This document shows positions 19,931-28,996 of a stretch of DNA of 64,000 nt, in pieces. A program made the translations under genes and the position numbers. The notes under the pieces were generated by a model. That model was given only the letters and a program-made list of their open reading frames with translations. It searched no databases and was not told the origin of the DNA. Source of the stretch: Spirochaetia bacterium (GTDB taxonomy: Bacteria > Spirochaetota > Spirochaetia > CAKZLE01); assembly GCA_963677595.1 (NCBI GenBank), contig OY782041.1, forward strand, positions 1,056,001-1,120,000. The letters are read 5' to 3'. Numbering within the stretch: position 1 is the first letter of the stretch; each line of letters opens with the position of its first letter.

Positions 19931-21022
19931 ATGTTTAAAGAGATAAAGTACGGGAACAGCACCTTACTGCCGCTTACCAGCGACATCGTCTTCAAGGCGA
20001 TCTTCACCAAGGAGGAGAACAAGGACCTGCTGCTCTCCCTGCTTAACGCCTACCTCGACATCTCCCCGAAGAGCCCGGAGGACATCACGATCATGAACAC
20101 GGAAATAGAGCGGGATTACCCCGATGACAAGCTCTTCCGCCTTGATTTGCGGGTCAAGACCGCAGGCAACGAACACATCGATGTCGAGATCCAGGTCCGC
20201 AATGAGTTTGACATCATTCCCCGCAGCCTGCATTACCTTGCCCGCCTCTACTCAAGCCAGATCAAGAGGGGAGATCGATATGCTGAGGCAATTCCGAGAC
20301 ACGGAATTGCCTTTTGAAGTTTTTGCATCGTTGATCAAAAACTTCTGATTCAGGTTAGGAATTTCAGGATGAAATTCCCAAGCCGAAAGCGGCCTGCCGA
20401 TTTCGGCAAAGCCATAACTCTCAACTTTCTGTGCTATAATCTGATAGAGACGGAAGAAGAGAAGAACGAAGAGAACTACGAAGAGAAGCCGGATACGACC
20501 AGGTCCTATATACGGCACATCACCTTCCATGACCGGGAGACGAAAGAAGAGTTCACGGACCTCATGGAGATGGTCTTCGTGGAACTTAAGCGTATGGACC
20601 ATGATGATCCCGAAAGCCTGAGGGATCAGTGGACGAGGTTCTTCAGGGCTGAAGACTTGGAAGGGTTGGAAGAACTCTCCCATCAGAACAGGATCTTCGA
20701 GGAGGCGATGAAGCAGATGGTACATGTAAGTGCGGATGAAGAGCTCCGGTATGCATATGTCCGGAAGAGTATGGCGGAACTCGATGAAGCTGCCCGTGAG
20801 GCGGCACTCGTAGAGGATACTGCTACTACATACCTGGCTAAAGGTATTGAGATTGGTGAGAAACAAGGCATAGGAATTGGTGAGAAAAAAGGCAAGGAAG
20901 AAGAGAAGGAAGCGACAGCAAAACGTATGCTGGTTAAGGGGATGTCTCTCCCTGATATCGCCGATATCACAGGTTTGAGCGAAGATGCCATCAAGGAACT
21001 CCAGGATAACCTGGCTGATTGA
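19931..21022 (+). pseudogene. Rpn (YhgA-like) PD-(D/E)XK nuclease interrupted by a 114-nt in-frame insert carrying a TGA
   Basis: SDIVFKAIF, RLDLRV...DVEIQ, RSLHY..RLY in part 1; FVELKR, GIEIGEKQG..GEKKG...AKRML..G...IADITGLS in part 2. Both parts are in the same frame. Confidence 0.85.
20287..20400. mobile_element. 114-nt multi-hairpin insertion element (MITE/REP-like) inside rpn
   Basis: Hairpins at 20287-20311, 20316-20345, 20358-20378 and 20382-20393; flanked by TGCTGA/TGCCGA; removal restores GDRYADFGKAI. Confidence 0.65.
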
Positions 21023-21238
21023 TACCTGATCGCACGTGTGGCAGACTTAACAGAGGCTGAAGTCCTGAAGATCCTGGGCTTCGCCCCCCTCCATAGAACC
21101 ATGCTGCCAACATGCAGCAGGTTGGACCACGTTGACATCCTCTTATTCCCCACACCTTCAAGGATCCAAGCATATTGTACCTGATAAGAATCCTCAACTT
21201 TTAATGTTGACAACTACGATGAACTTTATTATACTACA

Positions 21239-21257
21239 TATACGGTAGGGGGGTATC
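21239..21257 (+). promoter_or_regulatory. Putative CsoR operator
   Basis: ATAC-GGTAGGGGG-GTAT G-tract pseudo-palindrome just before csoR. Confidence 0.5.
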
Positions 21258-21259
21258 CT

Positions 21260-21559
21260 ATGAACGAAGAACATTGTCATGTGAGAAAAGCTCATCATTC
21301 GGAAGAGCAGAAGCGGCAGATGACTGCCAGGATGAACCGGATAGAGGGGCAGATCAGGGGGATCACGAAGATGATCGAGAACGACATCTACTGCGACGAC
21401 ATCCTCCATCAGTTCATGAGCGTCGAGTCGGCGATCATCGGGGTGAAGACCCAGCTGCTCGAGGCGCACATGAAGAGTTGTGTCGTGGAACAGATCCAGG
21501 AAGGGGATCTCGGGGTCATCGACGAGCTGTTGAAGACCATCAAGAAGATGACGAAGTGA
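21260..21559 (+). CDS. csoR: Copper-sensing repressor CsoR
   Basis: RMNRIEGQIRGI, YCDD, H...C ligand pattern; upstream of copA. Confidence 0.9.
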   Translation: MNEEHCHVRKAHHSEEQKRQMTARMNRIEGQIRGITKMIENDIYCDDILHQFMSVESAIIGVKTQLLEAHMKSCVVEQIQEGDLGVIDELLKTIKKMTK

Positions 21560-21566
21560 GGATAGT

Positions 21567-24017
21567 ATGGAGATAATCCAATTACAGGTACAGGGCATGA
21601 CATGCGCATCCTGTGTCGCACATGTCGAGAAAGGGATCAAGAAGAACGACGGCATCGACATGGCCTCAGTCAACCTCGCTACCGAGCGAGCCACGGTCAG
21701 TTTCGATCCTGGCCAGACCGATATAGGGAGCATCATCCGGAGCATAGAGGATGCCGGCTACTCGGCATCCGTCCCTGACGAGGTCGGGGAACATGCCGAA
21801 GCTGAGGAGCGAAAGAGACATCTGAAGAGCCTGAAGCGGCAGACGATCCTGTCTGCCGCCCTCAGCTTCCCCCTCCTAGTAGCCATGTTCGCTGGCCTGT
21901 TCAAGATCGAGGCACTGATGTTCCTCCACAACCCGCTGCTGCAGCTGCTCTTCGCCGCTCCTGTCCAGTTCTATATCGGGGCACGGTTCTACCGCGGGGC
22001 ATGGAAGTCACTGCTCTCGCTCAACCCCGGGATGGACATGCTCGTGGCACTCGGGACCTCGTCTGCCTTCTTCTACAGTATCTACAACGGGTTCATCGCG
22101 GCTGAATCGACAGGCCTCTACTTCGAGGCATCAGCCATCATCATCACTCTCGTGCTGCTCGGCAAATACTTCGAGACCAGGGCCAAGGGACGGACCTCCG
22201 AGGCCATCCAGAAGCTCATGGGGCTCCAGCCGAAAGTCGCCCTCATCGAGCGTGACGGGCAGGCTGTGGAAGTACCCATCAGCGACATCGTCCCCGGGGA
22301 CATCGTCCTCATACGGCCGGGAGACCGGGTCCCTGTTGACGGGTCTGTCCTCGAAGGGGCTACCGCGGTCGATGAGAGCATGATCACCGGTGAGAGTATG
22401 CCGGTAGAGAAGCAGCCCGGGGACCCTGTCGTGAGCGGGACTGTCAACAGCTACGGCTCGATCAGGATCACCGCAGAGCACGTCGGCAAGGACTCCGTCC
22501 TCTCGAGGATCATCTCGGTCGTCGAGGAGGCACAGGGATCCAAGGCACCGATACAGAAGCTGGCAGACCGGGTCGCAGCCGTGTTCGTACCGGTAGTCCT
22601 CGGGATCGCCGTGGTCACACTGCTCATCTGGTGGCTGGCCTTCGGTTCGGTATCCCAGGGGATCATCGCGGCAGTTGCCGTACTGGTCATCGCCTGCCCC
22701 TGTGCACTCGGGCTGGCAACACCGACCGCCATCATGGTAGGCACCGGGATAGGGGCCCAGAGGGGCATCCTCATCGGGAACGGGGAGATCCTCCAGTCCG
22801 CTGAGAAGATAACGGCCATCGTCCTTGACAAGACCGGGACGATCACCCAGGGGAAACCCCGGCTGCAGGAAGTCGTCCCACTCGACGGCAGCAGCCCCGA
22901 TACCCTCCTGCAGGTCGCCGCAAGCCTCGAACACGGGTCTGAACACCCGTTGGCACGGGCGATCGTCGATGCAGCAGAAACAGCAGGACAGTCACTGCGC
23001 AACGTCGAGGGATTCACCGCGGTGCCCGGCAGGGGTATCAGGGGGAAGATCGACGGGATCGCCTATACCGTCGGGACCGAGCGGTTCATGCAGGAGGCTG
23101 GGATCCCATCCGAGGCTTATACCCTGAAGAAGGTCGCCCTCGAGAGCTCCGGGAACACCGTCGTCGTGCTGGCAGATACAGAGAAACCCCTTGCCCTCAT
23201 CGCGATCTCTGACAGCCTCAAGGACCACTCGCGAACCGGGGTCAGCATGCTGAAGGCCCTGGGGCTCGATGTCTACATGATCACGGGGGACAACCACCGG
23301 ACCGCGGCAGCGATTGGGAAACGGGTCGGTATCGACCACATCCTCTCCGAGGTACTCCCCGAGGGGAAGGCAGACAAGGTCAAGGAGCTCCAGGAGCAGG
23401 GGAAGGTCGTCGCCATGGTCGGCGACGGAATCAACGACGCCCCCGCCCTGGCAACCGCCGACACCGGTATTGCCATGGGAGAAGGCTCTGACATAGCCAT
23501 CGAGTCCGCCGATATCACCCTCATGAGGGGTGACCTGAGGGAGATCGCCGCAGCGATCGAGCTCTCCAGGAGGACGATGAAGAAGATCCGGCAAAACCTC
23601 TTCTGGGCCTTCTTCTACAATTCGGTGGGGATCCCCTTTGCGGCACTGGGGCTGCTGAACCCGATCATCGCGGGAGCCGCGATGGCATTCAGCTCAGTCT
23701 CGGTAGTCACCAACGCGTTGAGCTTACGGAAGTTCCGGATGGAATTCCCTGTTGAGGAATATGAGAAGGAAGAGAGTAATGATGTACAGACAAATGTCAC
23801 AGGAGGAAACGACATGAAGATCACCGTTGAAGGAATGACCTGCAACCACTGCAGAATGTCAGTGGAGAAAGCAGTGAGGTCAGTAGCAGGAGTCAATGAG
23901 GCGACCGTCTCACTCGAGGAGAAGTTGGTTACCGCAGTCGTCGAGCCGGGGGCCAAGGCTGCTGTTGAACAGCAGATACGAGAAGCGATCACCGAGGCAG
24001 GATACACCCCTGTCTGA
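21567..24017 (+). CDS. copA: Cu(I)-translocating P1B-type ATPase with N- and C-terminal HMA domains
   Basis: GMTCASC, TGES, CPC, DKTGT, SEHP, GDGINDAP, YN..GIP, MAFSS, C-terminal GMTCNHC. Confidence 0.95.
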   Translation: MEIIQLQVQGMTCASCVAHVEKGIKKNDGIDMASVNLATERATVSFDPGQTDIGSIIRSIEDAGYSASVPDEVGEHAEAEERKRHLKSLKRQTILSAALSFPLLVAMFAGLFKIEALMFLHNPLLQLLFAAPVQFYIGARFYRGAWKSLLSLNPGMDMLVALGTSSAFFYSIYNGFIAAESTGLYFEASAIIITLVLLGKYFETRAKGRTSEAIQKLMGLQPKVALIERDGQAVEVPISDIVPGDIVLIRPGDRVPVDGSVLEGATAVDESMITGESMPVEKQPGDPVVSGTVNSYGSIRITAEHVGKDSVLSRIISVVEEAQGSKAPIQKLADRVAAVFVPVVLGIAVVTLLIWWLAFGSVSQGIIAAVAVLVIACPCALGLATPTAIMVGTGIGAQRGILIGNGEILQSAEKITAIVLDKTGTITQGKPRLQEVVPLDGSSPDTLLQVAASLEHGSEHPLARAIVDAAETAGQSLRNVEGFTAVPGRGIRGKIDGIAYTVGTERFMQEAGIPSEAYTLKKVALESSGNTVVVLADTEKPLALIAISDSLKDHSRTGVSMLKALGLDVYMITGDNHRTAAAIGKRVGIDHILSEVLPEGKADKVKELQEQGKVVAMVGDGINDAPALATADTGIAMGEGSDIAIESADITLMRGDLREIAAAIELSRRTMKKIRQNLFWAFFYNSVGIPFAALGLLNPIIAGAAMAFSSVSVVTNALSLRKFRMEFPVEEYEKEESNDVQTNVTGGNDMKITVEGMTCNHCRMSVEKAVRSVAGVNEATVSLEEKLVTAVVEPGAKAAVEQQIREAITEAGYTPV

Positions 24018-24041
24018 AGAGGACCGCAGGAGGATTGAGTA

Positions 24042-24197
24042 ATGAGGATCTTTTCGAATATTCACAGGCGATGGCTGGCCTATCTTGAACGAATGGCCAA
24101 TGCGAACCAGAAGCAATACGGAAACCAGAGGCTCGACTGCTGCGGCTTGAACAAGGACCATGCCCATGGACATGGTGTCCAAGGACATAGGGGATGA
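24042..24197 (+). CDS. Small LDCC-motif putative metal-binding protein (51 aa), missed by the ORF track
   Basis: MRIFSNIHRRWLAYLERMANANQKQYGNQRLDCCGLNKDHAHGHGVQGHRG; AGGAGG RBS; inside the cop operon. Confidence 0.75.
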   Translation: MRIFSNIHRRWLAYLERMANANQKQYGNQRLDCCGLNKDHAHGHGVQGHRG

Positions 24198-24216
24198 CCC
24201 CTCTGAGAGGTGAAGG

Positions 24217-24465
24217 ATGCACATGTGGTATGGGGTGTATGGCCCCTTTGGAAATCATTGGTATGGAGGCATGATCATGATGATCGTTGGATTGGTGTTG
24301 ATAGGGATCGTCGTCTACCTGCTCCTCAGGAACAGCGGGCAGGCATCAGATGCAGGGTTTCGCCTGCATAGGGAGACTCCCCTCGAGGTGCTGAGGAGGA
24401 GATTCGCAGAAGGTGCTATCACAGAGGAGGAGTTCCTCAGGATGAAGCAGGAACTCGACCGGTAG
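24217..24465 (+). CDS. SHOCT domain membrane protein
   Basis: One TM segment then PLEVLRRRFAEGAITEEEF. Confidence 0.8.
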   Translation: MHMWYGVYGPFGNHWYGGMIMMIVGLVLIGIVVYLLLRNSGQASDAGFRLHRETPLEVLRRRFAEGAITEEEFLRMKQELDR

Positions 24466-24482
24466 GCAAGGAAGGCATATAG

Positions 24483-25115
24483 ATGAAACGGATATACAAA
24501 CCCGTACTGGCAATCCTCATCCTGCTGCTCCTGGCTGCTGCAGCAGTGACAGCTGATGAGGCACACGGCCGCGATGTCGAGACGATCGTGGGAGAGATCC
24601 TGCAGGATACTGGAGCCTCTTCCCTGTCAGCAGTCTCACCGGATGTCGTATCCCCTGCCCTGCTCGAAGAACTCGGAGACGGGGTCATGGGTCTCCTGCT
24701 GGATGACTGGCACCATGAGCGTATGGATGCCATGCTCGGCGGGGAGGGTTCAGACTCCCTCGCTGCATACCACAGGAACCTCGGCGAGCAGTATATCATC
24801 TCAGGCGGGAACCTGAACAGCAGCCGGCCATGGGGCGGCGGCTGGATGGGTCCCGGGGGAATGATGGGAGGCTTCCGTCCTTTTTCCTATGGGACCGGTC
24901 GGTTCTCTGACTGGTCCCCCGCAGGTAACACCTGGTTCTGGGGCATGCTTATCGGCATGGGGGTGATCATACTCATCCTCATTACCGCAGCTGTCATACT
25001 GCATCGAAGGAACAAGCCTGCCGACCGGGCACGTGAGATACTGAAGGCCAGGTTCGCACGCGGGGAGATTACCGACGGGCAGTTTACCGCGATGATGAAG
25101 GTGCTGAAGTCATAA
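24483..25115 (+). CDS. Exported/membrane protein with Met/His/Gly-rich linker and C-terminal SHOCT domain
   Basis: Signal peptide; HHERMDAM, GMMGG; TM; ILKARFARGEITD. Confidence 0.75.
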   Translation: MKRIYKPVLAILILLLLAAAAVTADEAHGRDVETIVGEILQDTGASSLSAVSPDVVSPALLEELGDGVMGLLLDDWHHERMDAMLGGEGSDSLAAYHRNLGEQYIISGGNLNSSRPWGGGWMGPGGMMGGFRPFSYGTGRFSDWSPAGNTWFWGMLIGMGVIILILITAAVILHRRNKPADRAREILKARFARGEITDGQFTAMMKVLKS

Positions 25116-25120
25116 CCAGG

Positions 25121-25996
25121 CTACGACTGCCTGCTGCCGAGGGCGACGGCCCCCAGAAGGATCAGGATCACGGCAGCAGGCACCCCGACCATCGAGAATG
25201 CAGTGGGGAAGACCCCGGAGAAGAACCAGAAATGGGAGATGATCGGGATGATCTGTATAGGTACCTGCTGGATGGGTACCAGCACGGAGACGTGGCCGAA
25301 TGCATAGGCCTTCTGGATGAGCGGTACCGCCGTGATATTGATCAGGGCGAGGTAAACCGCACTGGTGATGAGGTAGCCCCAGTGCACCTGGCCGGCAGCC
25401 TGCCCGGCCAGGATACCGACCTGGGCCGACAAAGGGGCCGCGATGATGTTGCTGATCCCGAAGAGCATACCGCCTGAGAGGCAGTAGAGGATGGCCGTCA
25501 GGAACCTGTGACGCTTCTTCTGTGACCTGCCGGCCAGGAGGAAGACAAGGGAGATCACGCTCATTCCCCCAACATACCAGAGGGTCCGGTAAAGGAAGGA
25601 GCTCTCCAGCCAGGAGATCTCCTCGGTGTTGATCGTGAGCTTCGAGAAGCTGAGGAGGAAGACCCCGAGGATGATCGCGAAGATCCCGAGATACTCCTTG
25701 AGCCCGTTTCGTTCGCCGATGAACTTCCGTGCACCGATCGGCAGGATGATCATGCCGATCGCCGAGAGGCCGGGGATCAGGGTCGGGCCGATGAGCATCT
25801 GTCCTATGAGGGTGAGCACCAGGACCAGCCCGCCGCTGGTGGCGACACTCAGCAGCCAGAGGGGGTGCCTGAGCAGCTGTCCCATCAACGGCTTCGAATG
25901 GTCTGCCTTCTTGATCACGGCTTTCTGGATGAGGGCCGACCCATTGTACAGAAGGCCGATCAGCAGGCCGCAGATTATTCCCAGTGTATAGCGCAT
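25121..25996 (-). CDS. DMT-superfamily-like membrane protein
   Basis: About nine TM segments; LIQK, LLRHPLW, IGERNGLKEYLG. Confidence 0.6.
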   Translation of the reverse strand: MRYTLGIICGLLIGLLYNGSALIQKAVIKKADHSKPLMGQLLRHPLWLLSVATSGGLVLVLTLIGQMLIGPTLIPGLSAIGMIILPIGARKFIGERNGLKEYLGIFAIILGVFLLSFSKLTINTEEISWLESSFLYRTLWYVGGMSVISLVFLLAGRSQKKRHRFLTAILYCLSGGMLFGISNIIAAPLSAQVGILAGQAAGQVHWGYLITSAVYLALINITAVPLIQKAYAFGHVSVLVPIQQVPIQIIPIISHFWFFSGVFPTAFSMVGVPAAVILILLGAVALGSRQS

Positions 25997-26102
25997 AACG
26001 TTCCTCTCATACTCATTGCCTACTGTGTACCCCGAAAGCAGGCAGAGATGCAACCCCGGGCAATCGGGGGGAGGTATCAGTCATGATTGTTCTTGAGAAG
26101 CC

Positions 26103-26240
26103 TCAACCAGGGACAGATGGCTGCTCGAGCAGCCACCTGTATGCAGGGACGATATGGATGGTCCTGCCTGGCTGTGCATCCTCGATATCTCCAGCCTCAT
26201 AGGTTGTCACGATCCATGACTCCTGTACATCGGCTAAGGC
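26103..26240 (-). pseudogene. 3' remnant of a DUF4143-type ATPase gene
   Basis: Translates ALADVQESWIVTTYEAGDIEDAQPGRTIHIVPAYRWLLEQPSVPG*, resembling the family's C-terminal I..VP.W.WLL tail; no start codon. Confidence 0.5.
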
Positions 26241-26241
26241 A

Positions 26242-26269
26242 AATAGTTTACAATATTTTGTAAACTATT
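26242..26269. repeat. AT-rich palindrome
   Basis: AATAGTTTACAA-tatt-TTGTAAACTATT. Confidence 0.8.
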
Positions 26270-26330
26270 CTTACTTATCTTCCAAAATCTTGGAAACTAC
26301 TGCGATCCTATGCCAGGATTGCTTGCCAGC

Positions 26331-27602
26331 TCAATCCTTCAGGCACCCGAGGGGGACGATAAGCACCCCGTCATCCCGGCGATACGCAAACTCACCGCCG
26401 GTGAGGACCATCAGGAAGGAGGGTTCCCGCATCTTTGAGGTATTCACCTTTGCCTTCAGTGCGAGGAGATGTTCAGCTGCTTCCTCGATCTCCCGGGATC
26501 CGAGCTTCACCTCGACTGCAGCCCAGCGTCCGTCATTGAGACACACTACCGCATCTGACTCGAGCCCCGAAGCATCCCGGTAGTGGAACAGTTCCCCATC
26601 CGCAGCTTCGGCATAGATCCGCAGGTCTCTCATGCAGAGCGACTCGAACAGGAACCCGAAATAGGTGAAATCATCCAGGAGACGTGAATAGGTGAGTCTC
26701 ATAACAGAGACTGCAATGGAGGGATCAACAAAATGGCGTTTCGCTGTAGTTCTTACCGCCGTCTTGGAACGCAAGGCAGGATTCCAGGCAGGGAGATCCT
26801 CCGTAACGAAGATACGATTGAGAGCTGTCAGGTATTGGCTGATACTCTTATCAGAGAGTGTCGTATCCACGTCTCCTAATGCAATATCATTTCGGATAGT
26901 CCTGATCGTTGCTGGTGTCGCAATATTCCTGGCAAGGGACCTCATCAGTGCCCTGACCCGCTGGGGATTCTTCTCAACTCCGTCAACACGAGAGATATCT
27001 GAGTTGATGATCGATTCAACATAGTCTATACCATGACGAAGGGCTGCATGCTCCTCCTCCCCTACTGATGCTGGCCATCCACCTCTGGCTATGGCTCTTG
27101 CGATCCCTTCGATAGAGAGCCCTGAAACAGCCTGCACATCGGTATTGCCGTCAAAGAGCTCTTGCAGGGAGATAGTACCGTCCGACTCCAATGATTCATA
27201 TAGACTCATTGGGCGCATCCTCAGCCGAGATATCCTCCCCGTGCCAGTATGTCTGAGCTCCTCTGCAGGAGGCACTGTCGAGCCGGTCAGGATGAACTGG
27301 CCGGCTAAACCTCTTTTATCAACCATGAAGCGGACTGCATCCCAGAGGACCGGGGCAGTCTGCCACTCATCCAGCAGCCTGGGGGTCTCCCCTCGGAGAA
27401 GCAGGGACGGCATGGTATCAGCAGCCTTCAGATACGACTGGATCCTGTCTGGATCCTGCATGAACAAGGTACTGGAAGCAACCTGCGATGCCGTCTCTGT
27501 CTTACCGCACCATTTGGCTCCCTCAATGAGAACCGCACCGCTGGCAGCAAGCCTCTCCACTAGAAGTCTGTCAGCTATCCGACTGAGATATCTTCGTTCC
27601 AT
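26331..27602 (-). CDS. AAA_14/DUF4143-type ATPase-nuclease (paralog B)
   Basis: GAKWCGKT, RLLDEWQ, FILTGS, GTGRI, RGGWP, KRHFVDPS, GFLFE, ESDAVV...EVKLG. Confidence 0.9.
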   Translation of the reverse strand: MERRYLSRIADRLLVERLAASGAVLIEGAKWCGKTETASQVASSTLFMQDPDRIQSYLKAADTMPSLLLRGETPRLLDEWQTAPVLWDAVRFMVDKRGLAGQFILTGSTVPPAEELRHTGTGRISRLRMRPMSLYESLESDGTISLQELFDGNTDVQAVSGLSIEGIARAIARGGWPASVGEEEHAALRHGIDYVESIINSDISRVDGVEKNPQRVRALMRSLARNIATPATIRTIRNDIALGDVDTTLSDKSISQYLTALNRIFVTEDLPAWNPALRSKTAVRTTAKRHFVDPSIAVSVMRLTYSRLLDDFTYFGFLFESLCMRDLRIYAEAADGELFHYRDASGLESDAVVCLNDGRWAAVEVKLGSREIEEAAEHLLALKAKVNTSKMREPSFLMVLTGGEFAYRRDDGVLIVPLGCLKD

Positions 27603-27632
27603 CCATGCCTCCACACCTTGATCCTACCACCA

Positions 27633-27709
27633 ACTTCCGAAGATATCAACGTTTTACTTCCGACTTTATCACCATTTTACTTCCGACAATACTACGATTC
27701 TACTTCCGA
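27633..27709. repeat. Four ACTTCCGA cores at 23-bp period upstream of ATPase B
   Basis: Cores at 27633, 27656, 27679 and 27702. Confidence 0.88.
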
Positions 27710-27720
27710 CTTTGTGATTA

Positions 27721-28983
27721 TTATGGCTTCAGACACCCCAGGGGGACTACGAAGACACCATCTTTTCTTCGGAAGGCATACTCTGTTCCTGTGATGATCA
27801 TCAGAAACGACGGCTGATTCATCTGTGCAGTATCGACTCTCTCCTTGAGCGCTAACAGGTTCTTTGCAGCTGCATCGACCTGTCTGGCTCCAAGCTTGAC
27901 TTCAACAGCAGCCCAGCGGCCGTCATTGAGGTGTATGATAGCATCTGCTTCAAGCCCTTCTTTGTCCCGGTAATGCGACAAGGTACCTCTCAGCGCCTGG
28001 CTGTAGACCCGTAAGTCCCTGATGACCAGTGATTCAAACAGCAGCCCGAATGTATGAGGGTCAAAGAGCAGATCTCGTGGAGTCGCCTGAAGAAAATATG
28101 CAGCCAGGGCTGGATCAACGAAATGGCGGGTGTCTGATACGCGAATTGCAGTCTTAGACCGAAGCTTCGGGCTCCAGGCGGGAAGATCCGCCAGCACGAA
28201 TAGCCGTCGAAGAGCAGTAAGGTAAGAATCCAATGTATTCATATGCAGGTGCTCATCAGTTGAGGAAAGATCTTTCATGATAGTTGTCTTTGATGCCTGG
28301 GAAGCTGTATGCCGTGCATAAGACCGTAGAATAGCAGTAACTTTTCGCTCATCACGCGTCACCCCGTCAACCGTTGAGATATCAGACTTGACGATCGCAT
28401 CACAATATCCAGCAATCTGTCTTTGATTGACTGCTTCACTGTTACCGATCATACCTGGCCAGCCCCCTCGAACGATAAGATGTGCATAATCTTCGATCTT
28501 CATCCTTGATCGGACAGCGATTGCCTGCGGATTCTCAAAGAGACTTGAGAGACTTACTGCACCATTGGAATCACCAGATTCAAACAGACTCATAGTGTAC
28601 ATGTTCAACCGAGAAATACGTCCAGCACCCGAATGTTTTATTTTGGTCTCATCAACGGATGTCGAACCTGTCAGAATATACAGGCCTGTTTCTCCCCTCA
28701 CATCAACCTCGTGTCTTACCGCATCCCAAAGCTGCGGGGCCATCTGCCACTCATCAATCAAACGAGGATTCTCACCCTCCAATAAAAGCGATGGTGTCAG
28801 ATCAGCCATCTGAATATATGCTTCCTGATTATCGGGGGAATGCATGCTTAGGGTACTTTGAGCAATCCGTTCAGCGGTAGTCGTCTTCCCGCACCATTTT
28901 GGTCCGACCAGCAAGACACCCCCGAAGGCCTCCAATTCCTCCTGTAGCAGCATATCCATGATCCGAGACATATAGGTTTTCAC
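27721..28983 (-). CDS. AAA_14/DUF4143-type ATPase-nuclease (paralog C)
   Basis: GPKWCGKT, RLIDEWQ, YILTGS, SGAGRI, EADAII...EVKLG; GTG start at 28983 after GAGGTGG. Confidence 0.9.
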   Translation of the reverse strand: MKTYMSRIMDMLLQEELEAFGGVLLVGPKWCGKTTTAERIAQSTLSMHSPDNQEAYIQMADLTPSLLLEGENPRLIDEWQMAPQLWDAVRHEVDVRGETGLYILTGSTSVDETKIKHSGAGRISRLNMYTMSLFESGDSNGAVSLSSLFENPQAIAVRSRMKIEDYAHLIVRGGWPGMIGNSEAVNQRQIAGYCDAIVKSDISTVDGVTRDERKVTAILRSYARHTASQASKTTIMKDLSSTDEHLHMNTLDSYLTALRRLFVLADLPAWSPKLRSKTAIRVSDTRHFVDPALAAYFLQATPRDLLFDPHTFGLLFESLVIRDLRVYSQALRGTLSHYRDKEGLEADAIIHLNDGRWAAVEVKLGARQVDAAAKNLLALKERVDTAQMNQPSFLMIITGTEYAFRRKDGVFVVPLGCLKP

Positions 28984-28996
28984 AATTTCCACCTCT

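Noticed and set aside
20315-20345. Selenocysteine readthrough (in-frame TGA followed by a hairpin)
   Set aside because: The TGA lies inside a non-homologous insert rather than at a Cys position of Rpn, and the AT-rich stem does not look like a bacterial SECIS.
20281-20407. Hammerhead ribozyme or group II intron remnant
   Set aside because: No CUGANGA core and no domain V-like AGC/GNRA helix found by eye.
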